A DNA stretch of 64,000 nt from the human T2T-CHM13v2.0 reference genome, Homo sapiens: the NCBI RefSeq assembly GCF_009914755.1, contig NC_060930.1. One strand, given 5' to 3'. The position numbers and the translations under genes were made by a program. This document shows positions 1 through 14,331 of this stretch, in pieces. The number at the start of each line of letters is the position of its first letter. Position 1 is the stretch's first letter. The notes below the pieces were generated by a model. The model saw only the letters and a program-made list of their open reading frames with translations. It was not told the origin of the DNA and searched no databases.

Positions 1-2149
1 GAGTGTCTATTTTTGGGCAAAGCTTAAAGAACAGAAGCTCTCTTGTATCATATTAGAACTTTTTGACAAACAGCCAAGGTACAGAGGTCAAATTTCCCCA
101 TATGCTATAAGCAACTTAGTAGGAAGCAAGACCACAAAAGGTTTTGCAAATGTCTGCCAGTAGCCGGGTGATCTAGGTCACTGTACAGGTTTCATTAATC
201 AGGTTGTTGAAACAAGGAGTTATTTTTCTCTGCTTAAGAGACCTGCAGATATCATGTAGAATCTGCTCAATTGTTGATCAAGAAAGAGTTTTTAATGAAA
301 CAGAGATCACTCAAGTGAACTGGGGTGCGGGAGCGTTTGTATTTGTACTGAAGACAAATTGTGCTTTTTAGCCCAGCTCCTCTGTTTGAGTCCTCTGTTC
401 TGGTAGGGATGGGCTCAAGATCTAATAATAGTTCCTTGGGCTCTGCATCTCCACATACGTGTTCCGGCGTTTGAGCAGCAGGAGGAATTTAGTGACAGAG
501 CAGGTGTTGTGGCTTATTCCCTGGCAGAATAAATGGTGAAGGGTGGTGGCAAGACAATTCTTTGGCTTCTTTATGCAAAAAAAAAAAAAAATGCATTTAA
601 TCACTTTCCTTTTTTCCTGGCACTAGTGAAAAAGGATTGGAGTTGCTGTATTAATATGTATGCAAACATATTTTTTCACTTAAGCCTCTGGAAAAAAAAA
701 AGAGAGAGAGAGAAAGAAAAACTTACTGTGAAAATGCTTAGCCAGAAAGATTCATTGCTGATTGCAGATTTAGTATTGACATGTCTTAGCTGAAGAAAAC
801 TTCAGCTTTAACTATTAATGTGGAAATCTGGATCAGCTTTTAAAGTAGGGTAAAAAGAGTTTTGGATGATTCAGTATATTTATTTGAACATAATTTTAAA
901 GAAGAAAGTGTCAATTATAGAGGTATATAAAAAACCCAGTGGAGTGTGTGCATTTTAATTTTACATGGCCTACCTTGGAAATAAAATTATAAAATGCAGG
1001 TGATCTGAATTATACTTAAAGCAGCCTTTATGCCCAACTTACTCTCTCATAACACTTCTAAATATCCGCTCCTCCTGATTTCTTATAAAATATGGAATTT
1101 AAGATGAGAATCGGAGTCTAAATGAAATGTTCTTTTAAAGCATTATTTATAAGATTTTCCTCAACCTACATTTTTTACTTCCCCTAGTAAGTTGCGTACA
1201 AAAGTCTGTATTTTTTCTTGAAGGTAGGTGTGTTGCTCTTATAAACATAAGATAAGCCATGAAAACATGAAAGAGAAAACAAAATTCCTTCTCCTTCCAC
1301 CTGGGATAATTTGAGATTTTCACAATATTACTTTTTCCTTTGCTTGATTATATAAGGCAAAACTTGATACCCACTTAGTTGTAGCTATGGTCTTCTTGAT
1401 AAGACATCTATCCAGGTAAAATTAAAGTATAATTTTCAGGTGATTTGCATCCCATGCATGCAACAGGAAAACTCAGAATTCAGGAAAACAGGGCATGCTT
1501 AAGAGGGAACATCTTGTAAAGACTGTAATTTGACCTTTGAGTCAACCTGAGTACATTTTAAATATTATAGGACAAAAGCCTCAAAGTGGAATTCTGCCTC
1601 ATCTTTCTCAGAACTATAAACCAGTCAGACACTGTTTCAGAGATTACGCTAGAAAATATGTACCTATCCTTGGCACTTTTGCTGAGAAATAAAACTCTCA
1701 TCACTGGAGATAAAGGTAGATTTATATTTAATGCCACCCATCAATCAATCAGTGTATTATTCCAATCTACCTCTATTTAAGTAGTTGAATCAGGTATAAA
1801 CAGAAACACTTGATTTTTTTTGCCTCCTGCCCATTGAAAAAGATAATGTTGAGTATTGCAAACCTTTCTAACTCTGGAGTACACTTGATATGATGGCAAT
1901 TAAGAAAAAAAAAAAAGCAGTGACAACTTTGCAGCTTTTGATTAAAGCACACCAAGAGGCATGTTACAATGATAACAATGAAGCATTATGCCAATTATGT
2001 TAAATCCTGCTCTCCGCTTAAGCTCATCATGACCTGTTTTAGTGTCCTGTAATTTATCCTTTGGAATGCTTACTCTCATCAATAGTGTTCAACTCAAAGA
2101 CGGGGGGAAAAAAGCCACCAAAGGGAACAACCACCCCCAAATGACTTCT

Positions 2150-3032
2150 AGAAAACAAGTTATTTCTTAACTTTTTATTGACATTGGCAAATTAAAATAG
2201 AATAAATTAACAAGTATTTTTTCAAAAAAATGTTTTGTACAAAAATACTGTCAAAATTTCCTAAAAAGCTTTCAACACAGTAGTATCTTTTCATGTACTG
2301 AATATAACTATTAGCACAGTGTCAAAAATGTTGAAGACAGAAACAAAATAATCTGTGAAATGTTTGCCACTGACGACATTCCACACCCTATTATCATCTG
2401 TACATATGGGGGTGGGGGGGGCGGCGGGGGGGACAGCCAACTTGAAAGTGAACAGTATGACTTTCCTGATCCAGAACAGTTTGGCCCACATCTGTTTAAT
2501 CTTCCAGTTTAGCATATTTTAAAAATTAGTCTGTACTCAAATGCATAGTTAAAAAAATGAAGCGAGATGGCAGTTTGTGCAGTAATATCTGCCCTTCAAA
2601 GTTCATGCAACCAACTAATGCAATTTTTCCTTTCACTCGTAAATCTGAATGCAGTTCAGTCATTTGAAACCATCTACAAAATCCACAAGATTAAGCAGTT
2701 TGCCAAGATTAATATCTAACAGTTGAGCACTGGAGAAAGTGAGGGAAAGGAGTAAAAACAAACAACGAAAAAGACCAAGTTAGCTAGATATTTCAACTAC
2801 ATAAGGGAGGTGGGTGAATGTCAAGGCTACAAAAACGAAACAAAAACAGGAAAAAAAAGTGGCAGCAATTTTTTTTAAAACCAATTTGTACAAGTTTATA
2901 GTTTACTTTGTTTCCAAGTTCTCAAACCTTTCAAGATCTGAAAAGTGAGATACTGTGTCTAAGGGAATGTTTCTTTTAATTCACGCCGAAGAAGTTGGGG
3001 GTTTGATTTCTTTCGCCGGGGTTTCGATCGAG
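2150..3032 (-). other. CITED2: CITED2 3' UTR
   Basis: AU-rich stretch after the TGA, ending near an AATAAA at 2179-2174; the cleavage site is approximate. Confidence 0.8.
2174..2179 (-). terminator. Polyadenylation signal AATAAA
   Basis: tttatt on +. UGUA elements lie upstream on the mRNA (~2236) and a GU/U-rich tract downstream. Confidence 0.75.
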
Positions 3033-4313
<1,281 letters not shown>

Positions 4314-4549
4314 CTTCCGTTTTTGCGATTTCTGCTCCGAAGACCGAGGGCGGGCTCGTCGCGTCCAGGACCGGCTCAGCAGCACATAGAGGGGACCTTC
4401 CTGGCGTGCAAAGCGCTTCGCTGTCGCGATGTCGGCGCCGAGGTCTCGCAGCGGCCGCTGGGGCAGATTCGGAGCCGTTCCCTTTTATTTCCCCTCCGTT
4501 GCCCTCACAGCTCGGCAGGACCGCCCGGCAGCTGCCAACAATGAGCTGT
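4314..4549 (-). other. CITED2: CITED2 non-coding exon 1 (5' UTR)
   Basis: Donor CGGAAG|GTAAGC at 4314/4313. A TATA-like element ~25-30 nt upstream of ~4549 places the approximate TSS. Confidence 0.85.
4376..4387 (-). other. uORF ATG-TGC-TGC-TGA in exon 1
   Basis: The only upstream ATG found in exon 1. Confidence 0.7.
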
Positions 4550-4572
4550 GTTTCTTAGGGCTTTGGCCACAG

Positions 4573-4580
4573 TTAATATA
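4573..4580 (-). promoter_or_regulatory. TATA-like box of the CITED2 core promoter
   Basis: TATATTAA on the minus strand, within GC-rich DNA, ~25-30 nt upstream of exon 1. Confidence 0.65.
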
Positions 4581-5338
4581 GGCATTTCGGAAAGGCGGAG
4601 CGAGAGCCTCCAGGGCGGGCGGCGCCAAGACGCGGATTCCGGAACACCGCGAACACCCTGGACCGGGTCCCGGAGCCGCGTCCCCGCCGCCCGCGGCACG
4701 TGCTGCAGAGGCTGCGGGGCCCGGGGGCCGCCCAGTCGCCCCGTCGCCCCCCGACTCTGGTTTCTTCCCGGCCCAGAAACGCGAGGTTGGCTCAGCCACC
4801 CCCGAGGCAGGGGGAAAATCCTCCCCTGCCGCCCCGCCCGAAGGTAGAGCCTGCCGGGATAGCCACGAGGAGAGCTCACCGCCCCCCTCAGGCTGGATCT
4901 ACCCCACCCCCAGCTTTCTCACTCGGTTCACCTAGCGATCTGCCCCGCTCTCTACGGGAAAAGGGGACTCGCCCAGCGCCCCCCGCCCTCCAGAGTGCCC
5001 TTGTGCCTCCCCGGTTTTGCAAAAGCTTCCACAGGCAGCGAAGAATGGCTGTGCTTCCTCGAGTTGGGTTTTAAAGACCCGGACAAATAATGCGCCCTTT
5101 CCTGAGCGCGCCTTCCTAGGCTGTGCCTTTGTGTTTTCATACGGGCAGTGGGTAGACCTACTCTAGATCACCGCTTGTAGATGCATTTTTTTTCTCCACT
5201 CCTTTCAAGGACAGGAGCTGGGGGCGGGGAGGGGCAGCCGCTGCAGGTGGACGGAGCGCGCTCGAGGGCCCGGCCACCCCCGCTCCCGCGCCCTGGAATT
5301 CCAGTCCGCGCTTTCGGGCCCGCCTGCCGCTCCCGGGG

Positions 5339-5702
5339 TACGTGTGCTTCTGCTAAGTTTGCGTTTGCAGCTCTTGGTAGCTTTGGCATCCGAGCTGAGG
5401 CGTCTCTGCTCTGTAAACAAACTCAGCGATCCTCGTCCCCAGATCCACCTTTTTGCACATACACAGTTACTTGCTTCTGCTGTTGCCCTGGATCCGGGAG
5501 GTGGGGGTGTGTACAAACTTGCAGAGCCTCCCTCCGGGCTCTGCCTGACGGTTTGGGGTTGATTTAGAAGCAAACGGGTTTGTAATTAAGAAATTTGAGG
5601 GCTGAGTAAGGCTGCTCTTGCTGGAAAAGGAAAACAAATAGATAACGTGGTAATCGCTTTGTAAATAAAGTCGTTCTGGAGGTGGGCACGTAGCTGCACG
5701 TC
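5339..5702. promoter_or_regulatory. Cluster of HIF (RCGTG) and FOXO/forkhead motifs
   Basis: TACGTG 5339-5344, GTAAACAA 5413-5420, AACGTG 5644-5649, GTAAATAAA 5661-5669, CACGTA/CACGTC ~5687-5702. CITED2 is a known HIF-1 and FOXO3 target. Confidence 0.6.
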
Positions 5703-6869
5703 CCGTATGGCACCACGCGCACACACACGGCTGGGACTCTTCCTTTTCAGTGAAATTGTTCAGTGGGGCAATGGGCGATAATAATAACCTTGCTTCCACA
5801 ACGCGGCACAACGAGCCTGGTCGCCCGTTTGGTTCATTGACTTGCAAATAAAACCCCTAACACAGGTCTGGGCTACTACCAAGTCGGAGCTCTCTGGCTT
5901 TCTCACATGGGGAAGCCGAGTTGTTTCCCCAACACCATGATGGGGCTGTTCTGAGCTTTTACATTGCTCTTTATGTGGTAAAATCGAGTTTAGCGCTCCG
6001 AATAAGGACTTCTGGGCAGTTGTTTCTTCATAACTCGATAGCCATTGAAGACTTCCTGCTGCGAAGAGCGAGTCCGCCTCCCCGCCCCCCCCCTCGTCTT
6101 TTTCCCCCTTCTTGCACACAAGACTTTTAAAGGCCCTGTTTCTTGAGGACTGGAAATTCTGATACATTTCCCCGTTCAGGAATTTGCAAAAGAGACCCAA
6201 TCCTGATTATTTTCGTCTATGACCCCTCTGTCTTTTCCTAGTCAGGCATATTTTTGTAAATGTTGTTACTTTGTGTCTTGTCTTCTTTCCTCTTCCAGGC
6301 TCTCCGGCAAACCGTGCAGGCAAATAATTTTTAAACCTCAAAAATATTTACTTTTTAGAGATACGGGCACATGACACATTGCATTGTTAGTTGCAACAAT
6401 TCCCTATTCTCCTAACCTCCCACCACCTTTACCTGTAGGTCAGGACATGCAGTTTACCGTATCAGAGGCTTGGATACCTGAAGGGGCCACTTCCTATAAA
6501 AAAACAGATTCTAAAATATTGGTAAAACCCAACCTGAAAAATCGCGGGATTGTTTACTTTCCCTTCTTTGTACTGCAAGTGTCTTTCGACACAAGAAACA
6601 GCTTTTGAATGTCTAATCTAAATTCCTCTTGCAACCACTAAGGAAAGGTGGAGCTCCATCCAGCTCCAGTGGTTCTACCTACTATTGGGAAATCCCTGGA
6701 AAGGTCACCTGCCCATCCCCCATCCCTTAAAGGAGAACAAAATAGTTCTGGGACCAGCTGGTTGGAACATGGCATGCTTTGTTCATTTATTCTCATCCGT
6801 CCACTGAATGTCCTCCAAGTGCCAAGTGCTTTCTTGGTGCCTGGAGATACAAACAAGATAGGAACTCAT

Positions 6870-7340
6870 GGTCACAGGGAGAAAACTGACAAACAGGCCT
6901 TGAACACACTGTGATAAATGCCACAAAGGCATTGAAGGAAAGGGCTTTGGAGAGCACATAGGAGGGACACCTACCCCCCTCCTGGGTGCTTTGGGAAGGC
7001 TTTCCGGTGGAGATGGTGACTAAGTGGAGGCCTCAGGATGAATGGAAGTTTGGTCCCATTAGGAGTGGGGTAGAAAATGTATGGCTAGGGAGTGAATGCA
7101 AAGATGAGAGAAATAAGGTTGGAGAAATATGCTGGGGCCGGATGCCAAGGGCATTGTGGCCTCAAGCTGAGAAATTTTGCTGTATCCCAAAGACATTGGG
7201 AGGCAGGTAAAAGCTTGTGAAGCCATGAGATAGGAAAGATTTGGATTTTAGAAAGATCAGGGCAGTACTGTGGAGAATGGTTAGAGAAAGTAAGACAGGA
7301 AACAGGGAGTCCAGTTAGGGGGCACTTACAGTAACCCAGG
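6870..7340. mobile_element. L2 LINE fragment
   Basis: Degenerate L2-like sequence (gggaaggctttccggtggagatggtgac; gatttggattttagaaagatca). Confidence 0.55.
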
Positions 7341-7431
7341 GCTCCCAGAAGTTCCGTATAACCAGGGTTTATCCCGTGAACCTGGGTGAGCGAGCAAGTG
7401 ATCTGTCTGTGGCCCTCACAGCACTGAATGG

Positions 7432-7994
7432 TTGTATTCATTTCCCAGAGCTGCCATAACACAGTACTATTTAGGTTGGTGCAAAAGTAATTGTGATTTT
7501 TGCCATTGAAAGCAATGGCGAAAACTGTAATTACTTTTGCACCAGTCTAATACAAACTTAAGGCTGATCAAGCTTTAAACAACAAAACATTATTGTCTCA
7601 CAGTTCTGGAGGCTAGAGGTACAAGGCCAAGTTGTTGGCAGGGTTGGTTCTGAAGACCGTGAGAGAGAATCTATTCCGTGTCTCTTTCCTGGCTTTTGGT
7701 GGTTTCCCGGCAATCTTTGGTGTCCCTTGACTTGTAGATGCATCACACTGATCCCCACCTTCATCTTCATGTGACGTTTTCCACCCCCCGCCCCCCTGTA
7801 TGTGTATCTCTGTGTCCAAAGTTCCCCTTTTGACAAGGACTCTAGTCCTTTTGGATTAGGGCTTCTCCTACTGGCCTCATGTTAACTTGATCACCTCTAT
7901 AAGCTCCTGACTCCAAAGAAGGTCATATTCTGGAGGTTAGAACTCCAACATATCTCCAAGATATTTTTGCGGGGACACAATTTGACTAATAACA
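7432..7994. mobile_element. MLT1-family MaLR LTR interrupted by MADE1
   Basis: tgtattcatttcc...gctgccataaca; attgtctcacagttctggaggctagagg; ggggacacaatttgactaataaca. Confidence 0.75.
7471..7550. mobile_element. MADE1 (Hsmar1-derived 80-bp MITE)
   Basis: TTAGGTTGGTGCAAAAGTAATTG...TAATTACTTTTGCACCAGTCTAA: 80-bp near-palindrome followed by TA. Confidence 0.92.
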
Positions 7995-8069
7995 GTGGTA
8001 AATAAACTGAGTAATACAAGACCCCTGCTGCTGACAAAGAAAGTTGCCACCTGGAACTGTCTTCCCAGA

Positions 8070-8375
8070 CGTCCTACTGGCCCATATTCTCATTTCTTCA
8101 TGTCTCTGCTCAAATATCACCTCAACAAACTCTCCCTGACTGTCCTACCCAAATAGCAATATCTCTCTTGTTTCCTTGCCCTGCTTTATGTTTCATCTTA
8201 GAGTATCTTCCTACCTGACATGCTGCATGGTAAATTGACAGTTTACTGCCTTCCCCATTAGAATGACAGCTCCATGAGAGCAGAGACCTAGCCTGGTTGT
8301 TCATTCACTGTCTGAAACAAGTCCTGGCAGGTATTAGACTTTTACTAATTGAAGGGTGAATGCATGAATAAAATA
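8070..8375. mobile_element. L2 3' end fragment
   Basis: ctctgctcaaatatcacct...tagaatgacagctccatgagagcagagacc...gaatgcatgaat. Confidence 0.6.
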
Positions 8376-8453
8376 TGGCATTGGCACTATGGGAACCCCA
8401 ATGAGGGGCCAAGGAAGACTTTCTGGAGAAGGTCACTCTCAAGGCTGGAGGTA

Positions 8454-8754
8454 GGCCAGGTGCAGTGGCTCACACCTGTAGTCCCAGAACTTTGGGAGGT
8501 TGAAGTGGGAGGATCACTTGAGCCCAGGAATTCGAGACCAACCTGGGCAACATCTTGAGATCCTGTCTCAACAAAATAAAATTAGAAAATGAGCTGGGTG
8601 TGGAGGTGCATACCTGTAGTCCTAGATACTGGGGAGGCCGAAGCGGGGGGATTGCTTGAGCCCAGGAGTTCGAGATTGCAGTGAGCTGTGATCACACTAC
8701 TCCACTCCAGCCTTGGCAATAGAGTGAGACCTTCATCCCTTCTACCAAAAAAAA
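8454..8754 (+). mobile_element. Alu (AluJ-like)
   Basis: Dimeric Alu with gagcccagga motifs and an A tail. Confidence 0.9.
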
Positions 8755-9099
8755 GCTGGAGGTAGAAAAGTCAAGTGGAAAAGGAGAACAGCAGCTTACC
8801 TTTGTCTGCATTGTGGCAGCCACTTGGGCAAAACTGTTATCTGTTTGGGAAGATGACTCACCTGGGCATCACTGACTGCTGAGTAATGGACAAAGGTCCC
8901 CATTGGTGTGAACTTTTGACTGAAACAAGTTTTTAGAGGTGAGTCTCTGGCTTTAGCTAAAACCTGAATTGAGAAAAGGCTGACTGAAGGACCCAGCTTC
9001 AAAAAATATATTGAAAGACCTCATACTTGTGTGGTGCAGCTAGGGAAGGGAGGAAGGTGAGATTTAGCACTGTATTTTGTACGTTATTTAAATTATCTC

Positions 9100-9440
9100 A
9101 GCTGAGGGCAGTGACTCATGCCCACAATCACCAGCACTTTGGGAGGCTGAGGTGGGAGAATTGCTTAAGCCCAGAAGTTTGAGACCAGCCTAGGCAATAT
9201 GGCAAAACCCCAGACTCTACAAAAAATATGAAAAGTAGCTGAGCATGGTGGTGCATGACTGTAGTTCCAGCATCTCAGGAAGCCGCGAAGCTGAGGTGGG
9301 AGCATTACTTGAGCCCAGGAGGTCAAGGCTGCAGGTCGAGGTCGAGGTCGTGCCACTGCACTCCAGCCTGGGTGACAGAGCAAGACCTTGTCTCAAAAAA
9401 AATAAAACCCAAAAAACAAAACAACAAAATGAAACAAAAC
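9100..9440 (+). mobile_element. Alu (AluJ-like)
   Basis: Dimeric Alu with an internal (ggtcga)n expansion. Confidence 0.9.
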
Positions 9441-9949
9441 CCCAAAGCTCACTTAATCCTCAATGTAAGGAGTAGGGATTACTTTCATCACTTTAGTAAG
9501 GAGGACTTTGAGTCTCAGAGAATCTTTTAAAAATAAAAATAAAAACAATGAAAAACATGGCCACCTTCTCAGAAGGAGAGGAATAGGGAAAAGAGGAGAG
9601 AGGTAGCCAGAGAGTCTGTTAACACATGATTTAATAGTGACAGAGGCCCTATATGCAACCTGGTGTTATCTGCAAACTGAATAATGTCTTACATGTAGTA
9701 TATATGTCAAACTGAGATGTGAATATCACTTTTAAACATGTAAACTTGGTTCTAACTCATAAAATACAAATTCACTTGAAATTATTACCAAACTCATAAT
9801 AGTTTTTCTGTCTTTAGGTATTTTTTCATTCAAGAGAAATATAGCCATTATCACGTAGAGGTCAATGAAATGTTTGTATTAAAGGGTCTTTAAATTGATG
9901 AAGTTGGTACTATCCCGCTTGAGAATTTGATTAAAATAAATATTTTAGG

Positions 9950-10060
9950 ATGTCATTCCTGGAGTTCTTGATTCATCAGGCTGGGAGTGGGGCCTGAGGA
10001 GCTGTATATTTTTTAAAAGCTCCCGGTTGGTTCTGATATTTAGCTAGGTTTGCAAACAGC
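9950..10060. mobile_element. MER5-like hAT MITE fragment
   Basis: gattcatcaggctgggagtggggcctgaggagctgtatattttt...ctcccggttggttctgat. Confidence 0.55.
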
Positions 10061-10452
10061 CAACCTTGTTTATAGGTTGATGACAACTGGGGTCATTCTC
10101 ACAGGGTTCATGGGTGTACTGTGAACCTGGTTCACACTCATAATGTCCAGTTTCCCTGGACTGCCACCCGTTTCCTCTCCGCCTCCCGCCCATGACTGGA
10201 ATTTTGCCTGTCTTTGAAGGCCCAGCTCAGATGACATTTCCTCTTTTTTAGCCTCCCCTGATCCCCTAGATGGCAAGAATTCTGGCTCGTTGGTGCTTCC
10301 AGGGCAATTTACTCAGATCTTCTTTTTTGACCTATTCTGACTTGAGTTATGGGTATTTGTATTCTTCTGTAACCTTCTCTGTGATGGCAGAGGTTCCCAG
10401 GTGAGCTCCAAGGGGCTGCAAAATGTCGTGCACAGAATAAGGTCAACCTTCG

Positions 10453-10553
10453 ACAGATGCCTCTCGACTTACCATGGGGTCATGCTCTGATAAACCCCGT
10501 TCTATAAGTTGAAAACATCATCTGTGAAACCATCATAAGCCAGGAGCATGTGT
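10453..10553. mobile_element. MER47/Tigger-type MITE
   Basis: cagatgcctctcgacttaccatgggg...aaccatcataagccaggagcatgtg, with imperfect terminal inverted repeats. Confidence 0.6.
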
Positions 10554-10554
10554 A

Positions 10555-10948
10555 TAAGTTTGCTAGTGCTGCTAGGGCTGCCATAACAAAATATCAGCCT
10601 GGGAGGCCTAAATAACAGAAATGTATTTCCTCATAGTTGTGGAGGCTGAAAGTCCATGATCAAAGTGTCAGGACCCCTCTCCTTGGCTTGCAGATGGCTG
10701 CTTCTGGTGTGTCTTCACATGGTCTTTCCTCTGTGCACAGGAAACCCTGGTGTCTCTTTCGTGTGTCCAAATTTCCTCTTCTTATGAGGACATCAGTCAG
10801 ATTGGATTAGGACCCTCCCTAATGTCCTCATTTTAACTGAATCACCTCTTTAAAGACCTTATCTCTAGTTATGGTTACATTCTTAGATACCGGGAGTTAG
10901 CTGTCAGCAGAGGAATTTGGGTGGGGGTACAATTCAGCCTATATAACA
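10555..10948. mobile_element. MLT1-family MaLR LTR
   Basis: gctagggctgccataacaaaat...ctctccttggcttgcagatggc...acaattcagcctatataaca. Confidence 0.75.
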
Positions 10949-11099
10949 CACGTCACATATAGATTCTTTTTTAGATAATTGGCATTTTCTTAGTCTGCAG
11001 CTTTAACAATAAGCTAGAGAACATTCACATTGGTTTTGAAGTTGGATGAGGTATGTTGGAAAGCAGAAGAAAAATTCAGTGACCTTAAATAATTAGAAA

Positions 11100-12000
11100 A
11101 ACACTCTATCAAAAACAAGATTATGTTCAATAAGAAAAACTGCAGAGGCTTCACGAGGACAATAACAAATTACATGGGTATTGGATGGGAAATTATTGAG
11201 TAGATATAACAAGTTCAGCCAAAAACCAAACCAAAACAAAACTGCGGGTCCTCCTAAGCTATTGGTTGAATCAGAGGCAGCCACGGAATGCTGTTATTGA
11301 AAAGGACACAACTCGGAGTATATCAGGAGTGAGAATCACATGACAGAGCTGGAAGTAATCCTTTTGCTACACTGGGCTCTTCTGAGAGATCATGGTTAGT
11401 TTGCAACTTTACCTTTTAATAAAGAGTTACCAAAACCAAAGAAAGTTCATTGAAAAAAAAAAAAGGAAATATATTTTTAAAGGGACGGGAAATGGGACTT
11501 ATAATGGCTATTTAATCTGGGGAAGAAAAAGCTGACAGGTGACTTAATACATATGTTCTGGTCTACATAGAGGAAAACTAATATGGTGGATCCTTTCCAG
11601 ATGTTTTCCTTTTCCACTGAGACAAAGAAAAAAGGAAGGCGTTTTTAAAAAGAGAGCTTTAGATCAGTGGTTTCCAAATTTGTGTTCTGTAGATGTTGTG
11701 TATTCTCAGCTTCACTTTTAAGTGCTTTATATATTAAGGGTTTCTGTTTGTTTTAAAAACATATTGTTCTGATGTTAAACAGTTATGAAAACTAATGCTT
11801 TGGATAATACATAAAAATCATAGAATTCTAGTGTGGGTAGGACTTTTAAAAATAATCTTATCCAAACTCCTTCCTTTTCTAGATGAGAAATCTGAGGTCC
11901 TGAGAGGTTAAGTGACTTGCTCATAAAGGACTTCCTAACCATCAGGATTTAAAAACACTGGTATGGATTATCGGAGCAGACCAAGTCTTTATGAAGACTT
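11100..12000 (+). mobile_element. Ancient CR1/L3 LINE ORF2 3' fragment, interrupted by MER5-like and MIR insertions
   Basis: Degenerate translation LFNLGKKKLTGDLI (~11508-11549) matches CR1 LFSLEKRRLRGDLI. KDFLTIR..KHW resumes after the MIR (~11925). Confidence 0.6.
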
Positions 12001-12184
12001 CACTGAAGTGAAATAGAGATGTGTTGAGTGGTTTTTTAGATCAGCGTTTCCCAGCTGATGTTCTATATTATAGGTGGATAGGATTGCAGAAGACAGTAAT
12101 AGAATCTATATCAATTTCTACTTTTAAAACAGTGGGAATTAAAATCATTTAAAAGTAGTTTTCCAGTTCAAAATGGAAGTTTGG

Positions 12185-12800
<616 letters not shown>

Positions 12801-13054
12801 CCCAGCAAGATGGAAGTTTGAGAGTCTCTGAGTTGTGCTGAGTGAGCCCACAGAGCTGGTTGTAGACATCTGATGACAAGCATTAAGTAATGTAGTTACT
12901 CTCTCAGCTAAATACTCATGTCAGAGTGGTTGTTGCACTATTTAACAACTTTAAGTTGCTTTTAATTCTTTTACACATACGGATTTTTTTTTTAAAGATA
13001 GAAGACTAATGGTCCTGAATAAAATAAACCTGTGAGAAATATAATTGTGATAAT

Positions 13055-13209
13055 TTTTTTTTTGAGATAGGGTCTCACTGTGACGTCCAGGCTGGAGTGC
13101 AGTGATGTGGCCATAGCTCATGTAACCTTAAACTCCTGGACTCAAGTGGTCCTCTCACCTTGGCCTCCCAAAGCACTGAGATTACAGGCATGACCATGGT
13201 GCCCAGCCG
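13055..13209 (-). mobile_element. Alu monomer or internally deleted Alu
   Basis: Alu ends with TSD aattgtgataatt. Confidence 0.8.
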
Positions 13210-13891
13210 AATTGTGATAATTATTTCACAACTAACTTATGATGATGCTCATCTCACCCAGAAGTTGCATTCATATCATGAAAACTTTTATATAGTACAA
13301 ATTACGTAACTCTAGGACTAAAAAATGAATCCAAAAGAGAGAAAACATAGTGATGACTACACTCAAATTGTCTGTCAATTTATTAGAAATAAAGATTCAG
13401 CTGCTGTATGTAATAATTACGGAAGTATGTTTGCAAATAATAGCCTGAAACTATTCCTCTGATCTCATTACTTACAAACAAAGCACAAACATTATTTTTT
13501 AAAATCCCAGTTGATTTTTATGTACAAAAGTCAAAAACTAAAAACATCAGGAAAGGAAAATATTTCGTGCCAATTTGTAATGTCATAATATGTAGTTGTA
13601 TTTCAATATGTTTAAATATGTATTTAGTCTCAGATCCACAGAGAATATATTGTCAATTTTGAATTTGTTAACAAGCTGTGCTTTACTTCTTATAATTAAT
13701 TGAAAAGAGATCTTATAATTGTATTTTATAACAAAAAATAATCTGTTTTATAGTCTTTGTAATAAATATTATTTAAAATAAACTCCACAAAACAAACTTC
13801 TATTATACATTTATCTAAAACATAATGTTTTCTGTGAACTCTCTTCTTACATGCCATACAAAAATTTTTTAAATGATCTGAAAATGCCTAA

Positions 13892-14331
<440 letters not shown>

